Assembly: GCA_963662465.1 (NCBI GenBank)
Contig: OY759599.1
Location: 3,968,001-4,032,000 of the forward strand
DNA from: Desulfatiglandales bacterium
GTDB taxonomy: Bacteria; Desulfobacterota; DSM-4660; Desulfatiglandales; Desulfatiglandaceae
DNA: 64,000 nt
Direction of reading: 5' to 3'
This document shows, piece by piece, positions 1 to 9,389 of the stretch. Within the stretch, counting starts at the first letter, position 1, and each line of letters opens with the position of its first letter. The position numbers and the translations under genes were made by a program. The notes under the pieces are model-generated. The model was not told the origin of the DNA. It searched no databases and saw only the letters and a program-made list of their open reading frames with translations.

Positions 1-963
1 AAAGACCTGGGGCAGGGGTTTACCCAAGGCCTCTTCAAAAGACCATCCGGTCATTTCCTCGGCGGCCCGGTTGATCATGGCCACCCGTCCGTCAGTATCC
101 GTGGCGATGACCCCGTCGCCAATGGACCGCAGGGTGACCGCCAGCCGGTTGCGCTCCTCTAACAGGGCGTCTTCGGCCTTTTTCCGACGGGTGATGTCGC
201 GGGCAATGACCAGAAGCGCAGGGTTGCCGTCCCAGTCAATGAAGACGCTGTTGCTCTCCAGCCATCGCACCTCAGAGCTTTCCCGGGGGCTGCAAATGGG
301 GTAGGCAAACAGCGTTTCAATGGGTTTTCCCACCATCCGATCCTGAAAGCGTTGCTCAAGCCGGGCCAAGAAATCCGGATCAACGGCATTTCTGAGTCGA
401 TGGAAATCCTCGGCTTTCTCATGGGGCAGACCTGAAAACCCGAATAGATCTACGGCCGTTGGATTGGCCGCCGCCAGTCGCTCCTCCTGAATCACGAAAA
501 CAGCATCCCGGGCGTTCTCAATCAGGGTGCGGTAACGACGTTCCGAGGCGGACAGATTCACTTCCCGTTCCCTGCGCTCGGTAACGTCATGTATAAGGGT
601 GACGATGCCGGTGACCTGGTCTCCCTGTTTGACCGGCATAATCTGAGCGGTCTGCTGCATGCACTCAAAGAGATTTTGCGCGCAATCACTGGGCATGGGA
701 ATCAGATACCCGTGAAACCGTTGGGCCAGTATGGCGGTTTTTCCGGAAAGGGCCTCCTCGTAGTAACAGCCCTTTCCCCGGGTCTCGATCTCCGGACAAA
801 GGGAAAAGAGCGGTTTTCCCGCCACAAACTCAGCGCTTTTTCCCGTGTGACGGGCCATCCACCGGTTCCAGAAACGGATCTTCAAATCCGTGTCCACCAC
901 GAATACGCCCATGGGGGCGTAATCGCTGAGCCACTCCATGGCCATGTTGTTCCAGTCCATCAT
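1..963 (-). CDS. Multi-PAS sensor protein, probably a histidine kinase (partial, runs off window start)
   Basis: Not in the ORF track; translated by hand from ATG 963: MMDWNNMAMEWLSDYAPMGVFVVDTDLKIRFWNRWM...HDVTERRERE...ARDITRRKKAEDAL...LRSIGDGVIATDTDGRVAMINRAAEEMTGW. Open to base 1, with PAS/PAC motifs. Confidence 0.85.
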   Translation of the reverse strand, partial: MMDWNNMAMEWLSDYAPMGVFVVDTDLKIRFWNRWMARHTGKSAEFVAGKPLFSLCPEIETRGKGCYYEEALSGKTAILAQRFHGYLIPMPSDCAQNLFECMQQTAQIMPVKQGDQVTGIVTLIHDVTERREREVNLSASERRYRTLIENARDAVFVIQEERLAAANPTAVDLFGFSGLPHEKAEDFHRLRNAVDPDFLARLEQRFQDRMVGKPIETLFAYPICSPRESSEVRWLESNSVFIDWDGNPALLVIARDITRRKKAEDALLEERNRLAVTLRSIGDGVIATDTDGRVAMINRAAEEMTGWSFEEALGKPLPQVF

Positions 964-977
964 AACGGCATCCCTTT

Positions 978-1142
978 CTATCCCAGTTTATCCAGTTCAT
1001 CCAAGAGGATTTGCAGGGAACTGACCCCCAGGACCATCACCAAAAATCCGGTGATCTCCGACAGCGACGCGGCGGCCCGGGAAAAGGCGATGTTGATCAC
1101 TTCCGTGAGGGCATCGCTCTGATTTTCCGTGAGAAACATCAT
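978..1142 (-). pseudogene. cheC: CheC-like phosphatase with large in-frame internal deletion (54 aa)
   Basis: MMFLTENQSDALTEVINIAFSRAAASLSE joined to ITGFLVMVLGVSSLQILLDELDKLG*. The N-terminus is identical to the longer copy at 13096-13416. Confidence 0.7.
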
Positions 1143-1254
1143 GGTTTTTCTCCTTTCAGGGCCTCTTCAACAATTGAAGTATCTATTCCAGAACATCCAG
1201 TGCATGTACCCCTCTATTTTTTAACCGCCAAGACCTTGACCGGCGGCCCGGCAC

Positions 1255-1290
1255 AAAAAAAACCCCGGCGCTTTCACAAGCGCACGGGGT
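1255..1290 (-). terminator. Rho-independent terminator
   Basis: Minus strand reads ACCCCGTGCGCTT-GTGA-AAGCGC-CGGGGT followed by a T run. Confidence 0.75.
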
Positions 1291-1347
1291 ATTATGAGAT
1301 AGGTTTTAAAGGATCTTCTCTTACCATTGAAAGGTAAGAGAGAGAGA
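1255..1347 (-). ncRNA. Candidate sigma-54-dependent small RNA or attenuated leader (copy 1)
   Basis: Sigma-54 promoter directly upstream, then (CT)n, hairpin CTCTTACC/GGTAAGAG and a terminator, with no convincing ORF. Conserved in the duplicate. Confidence 0.45.
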
Positions 1348-1356
1348 GAGAGAGAG
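1337..1356. repeat. (AG)10 microsatellite
   Basis: Counted directly; it is (AG)16 in the paralogous copy. Confidence 0.95.
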
Positions 1357-1357
1357 A

Positions 1358-1373
1358 AGCAAGGCTTGTGCCA
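1358..1373 (-). promoter_or_regulatory. Sigma-54 -24/-12 promoter
   Basis: TGGCAC-AAGCC-TTGCT matches the TGGCAC-N5-TTGCW consensus. Confidence 0.8.
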
Positions 1374-2439
1374 TCAAACTATGGAACATGGCGGTACTCC
1401 TAAGGCGGCAAGCCGCAGTTTTAGGTTTTAAGTTTTACGTTTTCCTACCAATGAATTTCTGTTGTTATATTGATCATCTTGTTTTTTTTTCGAAGCATTC
1501 AATCTGTAAGTCACTAATAAATGCTCGCTTGATCGGAATGTATCCTCAGTTATCCATTCTTTCCGCAAACCTGTTTTTTGTCAACCCTAAAGCAGTCGTT
1601 GGTGAGCAACATCTTTTATCCCGTTAATCCCATTGGAAGCGTGATTTATCCTGTCAAAGTATTGAGTCTGTTTGAGAATCATGATGTGCCTGTTCCCGTT
1701 TCTGTTTGTTTAACCGGGGCAAGAGACTTTTTGGGAATGTCATGGTCATCCCACAGATGCCTCGGTCCTTTGCGCTTTTGCCGACAGTTTCTCCTCCGCC
1801 CAATTCCGAATTTCTTCCAAACTCTCGGCCTCAAAAAACCTCTCTCCCATGGTCTCCCGTTCTCAAAAAAATCACAACCGGAATCATACGGTCCGTTCCC
1901 ATCAATTCCGCCAGATCCAAACAATAGCGGGCTAACCGGTATATGGAAAACTCGCTGGCTGGTGAAGATTAGATCTGCCATCCTTTTCTATGCTTACACC
2001 AAAAAAAAAGGCCCCAAGCAGTTGCTTTTTCCAGACCTCCGAGCTCCAGATCTGACAGAATATTCATATAGGAAACGTGGAATCGGATGATGATCGGCGA
2101 GAGGGCGACCACAAGACGTAGTGGCATCTGAGAATGAGAGAAACGGCAAATTCAAAGATGCCCAGAGGAGATACCGAGCTTATATCCCCAACTTTCAACC
2201 GCCTGATATACGTTATTGCAGGTTTCTCCAAAAATATGGGAACCACAATATCCGGTATGACCGCCCTATATTGGAAAAACGTTGTTTTCGGGTTTGAGAG
2301 CCGCTTAGTAACCGAGGACTTACTCTCTTACAACGGAAGGCTGCCAGAGGTATTGTTCTGTGGGATTAAAATCGTTTGACGGAACAGTTATATAGGAATC
2401 GTTCATCCGTCCTCAAAAAAATCAGGCCGATTCTTTTGA

Positions 2440-4925
2440 TTATTTCTCATCCAAAACCTCTCGAATCGATGAAGCCAGGTTCCGTAAGTCTATGGGCTTC
2501 TCAATGTATTTGCTTACACCGAGGACTTCCGCCTTTTCTGCCGACATCCTCTCGCTGAAGCCGGTACAGATGATCACCGGTGTTTTCGGTCGAATTTTTA
2601 GAACTTCTGCTGCCAGCCTGTCTCCGGTCATTCGAGGCATGGTCATATCAGTGATGATGACATCAAATTGATCTGGATCGATTTTGAACCATTCCAGGGC
2701 CTCCACAGGTTTTGTGGTGCTTTTGATCTGATAGCCCAACCGCTCCAACCGCTGGCGGTTCAGGTTCACCAGGGACTCTTCGTCATCCACAAAGAGGATT
2801 CTTTCAGAACCCCCTCTGATTTCTCCCTCGGGCTCTTTTTCTTGCTCAGCAGTCTCTTCCAATGCGGGGAAATAGATCTCAAAGACCGTTCCCTTTCCAG
2901 GCTCACTCTCAACCCTGATGCCACCACCATTTCTCTTCACAATACCGTGAACCACCGAAAGGCCCATTCCCGTACCCTTGCCAACCTCCTTGGTAGTGAA
3001 ATAAGGGTCAAAGACTCGGTCTATGATTTTGCTCTGGATACCTTCCCCCGTGTCGCTTATTTTCAACCTGACGTAGGCGCCTGGGGATAAAGCCCAATTA
3101 AAACATGCTATTTCTTTCTGAAGGATAATCTTTTCAAGGATCACTTCCAGGAGTCCCCCTTCTTCGGACATGGCATCGGCCGCATTGGTTACCAGATTCA
3201 TTACTATCTGATTGATTTGGGTGGCATCACCCAGAACGTTACATGGATCATCAGAAATGTGCTCTTTGAACGCCACGCTGGTGGGAACGACAGATCTGAG
3301 CATTTTCATGGATTCCTTCAGGATGGGAGCCATATCTAAAGGCTTGCTCTTTTCGTCGCTCTTGCGGCTGAAAGCTAACAATTGCCGGACCATATCTTTT
3401 GCCCTGATAGAAGCCTTACGGATTTCCTTTAAAGACCCGCTTACGGGGTTCGTGTCAGGAACGTCATCAGCAGCCAGTTCCGCATTTCCGAGGATAATGG
3501 CCAGAATATTGTTGAAGTCATGGGCAATACCCCCTGCCAAGGTCCCGACGGCTTCCATTTTCCGGGATTGCAGGAGTTGCGCCTCAAGTTGCCTTTTTTC
3601 AGTTATATCAATCCAGTTGCATACCACATTCGTTAACGCACCTTCCGGATCGTGAATCGGGAACATGTTCACTTGGATACTGACGGACTTGGAACCTTTC
3701 AAATCCATCGTCGGAATATCCTCTCCATTCCAATCGGCAGTAAAATTGATGGTTTTACCTTCCTCATATACAGTACGAATAAGCGTCATCAAACCCTGTT
3801 TTTCGGCAAGCGGATCTTTAAGCATGTTGTATTTACCAACCAATTGATCATCCGTTAAATTCAGGAGTCTCTTCAAAGCAGGGTTTACGTGCTGTAAGGT
3901 TCCTTCTGGATCCGATATCCAAATTGCAAAGGGGCTTTGATCAATAATACGATAAAAGAATTTTTCCCTCGCTTGTAGCGCTTCCTCCGCTTGTTTGCGA
4001 TCGGTGATGTCCTGAGTAAAGCCAGTTCCGCGAATACATTTCCCAAGTTTATCAAAATGCAGTTCGGCTTTTTCCCTGACCCATTTAATGTCGCCATCAA
4101 CCAGCAAGCGATGTTCTATATCATAGGGCTTTTTGTCAAATGCAGCTTTCCATTCTTTATCGACGTATTCTCTGTCATCAGGATGAACGCAATTCAGGAA
4201 AGTTTCATAAGTGAGCTCCGTTCCGGTGGGAAGCCCAAATATCCTGTAATTCTCATCCGTCCACAGTAGTTCATTTTTCTCAATATCTAATTCCCATGTG
4301 CCGATGTGCCCGATCTCTTGCGCTTTCTGAAGGAAGTCTTTCTGCGTCAGCAAGGCTTTTTCAATCTCTATTCGGTCGGTTACATCATGGATGATAGAAT
4401 AAAGTATGGTTTTCTCTCCCAAATTTACAGGACCGGAATAAACTTCAACATTCCGTATCTCTCCTGACGCCAATCGATGAGGAAAGTTAAAATATAATCG
4501 CTTTTCACTCTTAGCATTTTGCATCTCTGAATGGATTTCCTCTAGCGGCAAAGCATTGATATCCGAAATTTTCAAGGTCTCCAGTTCTCTCTTGGAATAC
4601 CCATAATAATTGCACGCAGCCCCATTGGCCTCTAAAATGGCGCCACTTTCGGGATCGATCATCAGTTTTACTGCCATATTCGTCTCAAATACTTGCCGAT
4701 ATTTTATTTCGCTCTCCTTCAAATCTTCTTTTATTCTCCGCCTTTTCTTAATTTCATTTTCAAGCAGTTCTAAAGAGGTGGTCGTCTGTTGAAGCTTACT
4801 TGCCATATTATTGAATGACTTGGCCAAATTGCCAAATTCATCCTTTCTGCTCATAACGATTCTGTATCTAAAATCTCCTTTTCCAACCTTTTCCGTAGCC
4901 TTGTTGAGTATTGCAATGGGTTCAG
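2440..4925 (-). pseudogene. HAMP-PAS-PAS-PAS hybrid histidine kinase/receiver, 5'-truncated by the IS21 element
   Basis: HAMP (EPIAILNKATEKVGKGDF...DEFGNLAKSFNNM), H-box AGGIAHDFNN, GKGTGMGL and a C-terminal REC. The first ~20 aa of the track ORF (to 4986) come from the IS end, and no TM/sensor region remains. Confidence 0.75.
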
Positions 4926-5175
4926 CTTCAACGCTAATCAAAACTGAACCAAGTTTGCTAATGGAAATTGAACCATTGGCTGTCACCGCCGGTGAGTACG
5001 GCCCTCAGGTATAGCGGACGATGAGGGATCCATAAGTGGCGGCAAAGGAGTCGTTGATGTAGATTTACTTTTCAATAAATTTTTATAAAATCTATTTTCT
5101 TTGGATTTGGTTTTCTTCTTCCAAGACAGAGGCTTGGTTAAGTGGAAATGCGATTTACTTTGTAGAATGGATGGT

Positions 5176-5211
5176 GAAGGCCCGAAGTAGCCGCTTCGGG
5201 CCTTCTTTTTT
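5176..5211 (+). terminator. Rho-independent terminator inside the IS left end
   Basis: Perfect 12-bp stem GAAGGCCCGAAG/CTTCGGGCCTTC followed by T6. Confidence 0.85.
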
Positions 5212-5287
5212 GACCACCGGATAGAGCCGGAAGCCACACACACGCCAATTTTATATAAGTGTGTTTCCGGCCAATTGCAAGGCCGGA

Positions 5288-5704
5288 ATGATGGGAGATG
5301 TCCTTTTAAGAGTGGTTCAATGCCGATGTTGTGGTTGCTTTTTTCACGTCTGTCGGTCGTGTTGGCGTGGCCAGGCCTATTGTGGGGAACGATGTCGCAG
5401 GATACGCCAAAGACAGCTGCACCGGAAAGCTCAGGGGAAATACCGCAATTCGAAAAAAGGGAAAGAGCGCCGTCGTTTGTACGAAAAAACAAAAAAATCC
5501 AAAAAAAATGGACTGAACCCTGGTGATGATAGTTCAACACCTCAAAAAGACTGTGATATTGAACCCAAAAAGCGGTCGGGGAACCGACCCAGCTGTCTTT
5601 TTTGCGGGTCGATCGGGGTTGTTGTGGACCATTTTCCTCGCCGTGCTTATGCAGGGAGGGTTTTTTCAGATGTAACAGGCTTTGAGAAAACCCCATATCC
5701 ATGA
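5288..5704 (+). CDS. Cys-rich basic protein (putative Zn-binding), IS21-associated
   Basis: CRCCG...CRSCWRGQAYCGERC and a C-terminal CLFCG; K/R-rich. First gene of the cluster; start uncertain (GTG 5261 or ATG 5288). Confidence 0.65.
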   Translation: MMGDVLLRVVQCRCCGCFFHVCRSCWRGQAYCGERCRRIRQRQLHRKAQGKYRNSKKGKERRRLYEKTKKSKKNGLNPGDDSSTPQKDCDIEPKKRSGNRPSCLFCGSIGVVVDHFPRRAYAGRVFSDVTGFEKTPYP

Positions 5705-5716
5705 CAGGAGAAAAAA

Positions 5717-6136
5717 ATGATCAAAAAAAGAGTCCTTTTTCCCGAAAGAGTGCGTGTCATCAATGGAAGCTTCGGCTTTCTGGAGCATCGTTTTTTGAGA
5801 AACGGCTTTTGGGAGAGCCTGAATCATCATGAGCTGCTGCTCTACATTTTTCTGGTGTTGGTATCTGACAAAAACGGGCTCTCTTATTATGGTTACGACA
5901 GAATCTGCCGGATTTTAAAGGTGCATTTGGATCAATATATCGATGCCCGCGATGGCTTGTTGGACAAGGATCTGATTGGGTTTGATGGCCGTCTGTTTCA
6001 GGTTCTTTCGCTTCCCAGACGTCCTGTGATTGTGAAACAGGTAAAGGAGATCCGGCAAGGAAATTGGGTCAGTCTTGGAGAAACCATAGAGGAAATCTTT
6101 CGGGAGACTGGGTATGGAATCCATCCGAACCGTTGA
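5717..6136 (+). CDS. Putative winged-helix DNA-binding protein, IS21-associated
   Basis: Strong RBS (AGGAG). LLLYIFLVLVSDKNGLSYYGYDRICRIL resembles an HTH_36 / replication-initiator-like N-terminal wHTH. Confidence 0.7.
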   Translation: MIKKRVLFPERVRVINGSFGFLEHRFLRNGFWESLNHHELLLYIFLVLVSDKNGLSYYGYDRICRILKVHLDQYIDARDGLLDKDLIGFDGRLFQVLSLPRRPVIVKQVKEIRQGNWVSLGETIEEIFRETGYGIHPNR

Positions 6137-6998
6137 TATTCATTTGCTGGAGTTGCGTTACGCTCATTGCCGGATAATGAATCACCAGGCTTTAAAGCGA
6201 TTGAGGGATTCCATCGAAACTTACGGGCAGATCGTTCCGGCCCTGGCTATTGAAGAAAAAGACAAACTGATTCTGATTGATGGCTACCTGCGTGTTCGAG
6301 CGCTTTGTGCTTGTGGAAAGGACCGGATATGTGTCCAATTCTCAAAAGAAAACGAACAAAATGCCATGTTTTCGCTTTTAACCAAGGCCAATGAACGGCA
6401 ATGGGAAGTCATTGAGCAGTCTGTTTTACTTCAGGAATTACATCGGCGTTTTGGGTGCAGCCTCTCCCATATTGCAACCCGAATAGGGCGCGACAAGAGT
6501 TTTGTAAAACGGCGGCTGGACCTGGTTGAAGCCCTGCCGGAAAATATTTTGAGAACCGTGATTGCAGGCTCACTTTCAACCTGGGCTGCCAGCCGTGTCA
6601 TGGCGCCGTTGGCGCGCGCCAACGGTGAAGACGCACAAAAACTGTTGGCCCACCTGGAAAAAGAACCTCTATCCACAAGGGAACTGGCCCGTTTCTACGC
6701 ACATTACCAGAAAAGCAACCGGTCTGTTCGAGACCACATGCTGGAAAATCCATCCCTTTTCATAAAAGTTCTCGAACAAAGAACCCAGTCTAAACAAGCC
6801 AAAGAAGTTCATGATGGACCGGAAGGCAAATGGTTCAAGGATATTGAAATGGTATATGCGGTTCTCAAACGTCTGGTGAAAACCGTTTCGCATGTCCATT
6901 ACCCAAAAAGCGATCAGTTGAAGAAACAAACGCTCAAAACCTGGGTGAAAAAGATAGAAAAACAAGCACTGGAACTCAAGAAAGCGACCCAATTATGA
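6114..6998 (+). CDS. ParB/Spo0J N-terminal domain protein with HTH
   Basis: LRDSIETYGQIVP...LILIDGYLRVRAL (GxxRxxA) and HTH SLSHIATRIGRDKSFVKRRL. Stop overlaps the istA start (ATGA). Confidence 0.85.
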   Translation: MESIRTVDIHLLELRYAHCRIMNHQALKRLRDSIETYGQIVPALAIEEKDKLILIDGYLRVRALCACGKDRICVQFSKENEQNAMFSLLTKANERQWEVIEQSVLLQELHRRFGCSLSHIATRIGRDKSFVKRRLDLVEALPENILRTVIAGSLSTWAASRVMAPLARANGEDAQKLLAHLEKEPLSTRELARFYAHYQKSNRSVRDHMLENPSLFIKVLEQRTQSKQAKEVHDGPEGKWFKDIEMVYAVLKRLVKTVSHVHYPKSDQLKKQTLKTWVKKIEKQALELKKATQL

Positions 6999-8377
6999 TC
7001 CGACAATCCAAAAAAGATGCCATTGTGGAATTGAAAAAAACCGGCATGAGTTTGCGCGACATCGCCAAAACCCTGAAGGCCGGTCGCAATACCGTCACGA
7101 AGGTTTTAGATGATCATGACGAAGAGGCGGTACCCCAAAGGAACTCCCGGTATGAAGAACATGTCCCGTTGATCCGCGAGCTTTTCAAGGAATGTAAAGG
7201 AAATGCCGTGCGAGTAGCCGAGGAACTGGAAAGCCGCCAACAGATCAAAATCCCTTATCAGAGTCTGACCTGGATTATGAGAAAGTACGAGATCCGGGAA
7301 CGTAAAAAAAGACGGGCGGGCCAATACCATTTTAAACCCGGTCAGGAGATGCAGCATGATACGTCACCCCATCTGGTTGTCATTAATGGGAAAAAAATGT
7401 CGACCCAGTGCGCGTCCCTGACCCTGGCCTTTTGCCGAAGGATTTTTATTCAGTATTACCCCTGTTTTACCCGGTTTGAGTGCAAGGTTTTCCTAAAAAA
7501 AGCATTCGAGTTTATGGACGGGGTGTGTTCCCGGTGCATGGTTGACAACACCAATGTTATTGTGGCCGGCGGCACCGGGCCTGATGCATTGATTGCGCCT
7601 GAAATGAAATACTTCGGCGATATGTATGGAACCCGGTTTGAGGCCCATGCTGTAGGAGACGCCAATCGAAGTGCCCGTGTGGAAAGGCCTTTTCATTTTG
7701 TGGAAAACAATTTTCTTCCCGGTAGAACATTTGTTAGCTGGCAGGATTTGAACCGGCAGGCAATCGACTGGTGCCGGAATACAAGCGATAAAAAGTTTAA
7801 ACGGGCTTTAGGGATGACGCCGGATGAGGCCTATGTCATTGAAAAGCCATATCTCATTGATTTACCGGCATACCAGCCGCCAGTCTATGTGGCAGAACAC
7901 AGGGTAGCCGATGTTCAGGGATATGTGCACTTGGACACCAACCGCTATTCAGTCCCTGAAGCGCTGATTGGGAACTCCCTGGAAGTACAGAAACATTGGC
8001 TCAAGGTCATCGTTTACGACAAAAACACAAAAGTGGCGGAACATGACCGCATACTGGATAAACGCAACACCCGAACAACCCTGCCCGGTCACCATGTTCC
8101 CATTCGAAGAAAAAAAGATCCCCGAATCCCTTCAAAAGAAGAACAGCTGTTGACGGGAGAGGATGCCATCCTGGATGAGTATGTGGCTGAACTGAAGAAA
8201 AGAAGTCACGGTCGCGGTGTGGTCAAGTTACGTCGGTTGCTTCATCTGAAACGCACTTATCCCGGGGAACCTTTTTTGAAAGCCATAACACAGGCGCTTA
8301 AATATGGACTTTTTGATTTGTCGCGTCTGGAAAACATTATTCTCGATTATATCGCGGGAGACTTTTTTGATCTATGA
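6995..8377 (+). CDS. istA: IS21-family DDE transposase
   Basis: N-terminal HTH, PGQEMQHD / MVDNT / SARVER catalytic residues and a Mu-like C-terminal NRYSVP. Confidence 0.92.
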   Translation: MIRQSKKDAIVELKKTGMSLRDIAKTLKAGRNTVTKVLDDHDEEAVPQRNSRYEEHVPLIRELFKECKGNAVRVAEELESRQQIKIPYQSLTWIMRKYEIRERKKRRAGQYHFKPGQEMQHDTSPHLVVINGKKMSTQCASLTLAFCRRIFIQYYPCFTRFECKVFLKKAFEFMDGVCSRCMVDNTNVIVAGGTGPDALIAPEMKYFGDMYGTRFEAHAVGDANRSARVERPFHFVENNFLPGRTFVSWQDLNRQAIDWCRNTSDKKFKRALGMTPDEAYVIEKPYLIDLPAYQPPVYVAEHRVADVQGYVHLDTNRYSVPEALIGNSLEVQKHWLKVIVYDKNTKVAEHDRILDKRNTRTTLPGHHVPIRRKKDPRIPSKEEQLLTGEDAILDEYVAELKKRSHGRGVVKLRRLLHLKRTYPGEPFLKAITQALKYGLFDLSRLENIILDYIAGDFFDL

Positions 8378-9093
8378 AAAAGAAAATTGAACAGTTACTC
8401 ATTGATTTGAAGTTTAAAGGCATGCTGAAGGCTCTCGAAGAACAGTTGGCTTCGGCTGAAAAGAACGGTTTTTCCATTCACGAGGTCATCTACAATCTCC
8501 TGGCTGAGGAATTACGTTTCCGGCAGGAGCGCAGCATGATCTATCGGGTCCAGATTGCAAAGCTTCCATGGGAATGGACCCTCAACTCCTTTCCGTTTGA
8601 TCTTCAGCCGGGAATACAGAAGAGCCGGATCATGACGTTGTCCGGCCTTGACTTTATCAGCCGAAGAGAAAACATCGTGTTCCATGGAAAAACCGGCGTC
8701 GGCAAAACGGGATTGGCCGTGGGGATCCTTCGTCAAGCCATTATTGCCGGGTACCGGGGGCGTTTTTATAATGTTCAGGATTTGCTGGATCAGCTCTATG
8801 CGTCTTTGGCAGATCGGTCCACCCCGAAACTCCTCAATGCCCTTTGCAGATATGACCTGCTTCTGCTCGATGAACTGGGATACCTGACCCTCAAAAAAGA
8901 GCAGATGAACGCCTTTTTTAAACTCATGAAAGATCGCTATGAAGCCGGTCGGTCCACAATTATTACGACCAATCTTCAACCTGAACAATGGTATTCGCTG
9001 CTTGAACCAAAGGACATGGTCGATGCCTTGCTGGATCGTCTCAACCATCGCTGCATCAACATTCATATTGATGGTCCTTCCCTCAGAAAATGA
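8374..9093 (+). CDS. istB: IS21 helper AAA+ ATPase
   Basis: Walker A GKTGVGKT, Walker B LLLLDELG, IITTN, ALLDRL. Confidence 0.95.
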   Translation: MKKKIEQLLIDLKFKGMLKALEEQLASAEKNGFSIHEVIYNLLAEELRFRQERSMIYRVQIAKLPWEWTLNSFPFDLQPGIQKSRIMTLSGLDFISRRENIVFHGKTGVGKTGLAVGILRQAIIAGYRGRFYNVQDLLDQLYASLADRSTPKLLNALCRYDLLLLDELGYLTLKKEQMNAFFKLMKDRYEAGRSTIITTNLQPEQWYSLLEPKDMVDALLDRLNHRCINIHIDGPSLRK

Positions 9094-9191
9094 GATGTTC
9101 GCCAAAGGGCCGGTTTTGAGGTCTGAATATCACCGGTCTGTTTGAATCTCGTTACACGAATATCAGAAATTACCTTGTCTTGGAGCTTGAA

Positions 9192-9389
9192 ATGAGAGGT
9201 GGAAAACGGGTAGGCGCCGGCCGAAGAAAGAAACCGGAACATTTGAGACGTGAACTGCTCACCATTCGTCTCCCCAAATGGATGATTCTACAGCTGAAAA
9301 AAAACGGGGAAATTGGATATTTGATTGAGGATCAATTGGCGAAGGGAGGCCTCCTGAATTTACCGGACGACTATGACATAGACAAATAG
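9192..9389 (+). CDS. Small putative DNA-binding protein (GGxRxGAGR motif, RHH-like)
   Basis: MRGGKRVGAGRRKK...LTIRLPKW, preceded by a GGAG RBS; lies inside the right IR. Confidence 0.6.
   Translation: MRGGKRVGAGRRKKPEHLRRELLTIRLPKWMILQLKKNGEIGYLIEDQLAKGGLLNLPDDYDIDK

Larger units (their letters stand above)
1048..1792. repeat. Direct repeat copy 1 (cheC 5' part plus upstream regulatory region)
   Basis: Near-identical to 13322-13945; this copy carries an extra 155 bp (1602-1756). Confidence 0.9.

Noticed and set aside
1800..2430. Riboswitch (e.g. c-di-GMP) or gene in the long intergenic region
   Set aside because: No recognisable aptamer consensus, and the short ORFs lack motifs and RBSs.
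4983..5702. 239-aa minus-strand ORF
   Set aside because: Antisense to the Cys-rich gene and the structured leader, with no recognisable motifs.
6114..6998. Chromosome or plasmid partition locus
   Set aside because: No parA and no parS-like palindrome seen; the gene lies inside IS ends and is coupled to istA.
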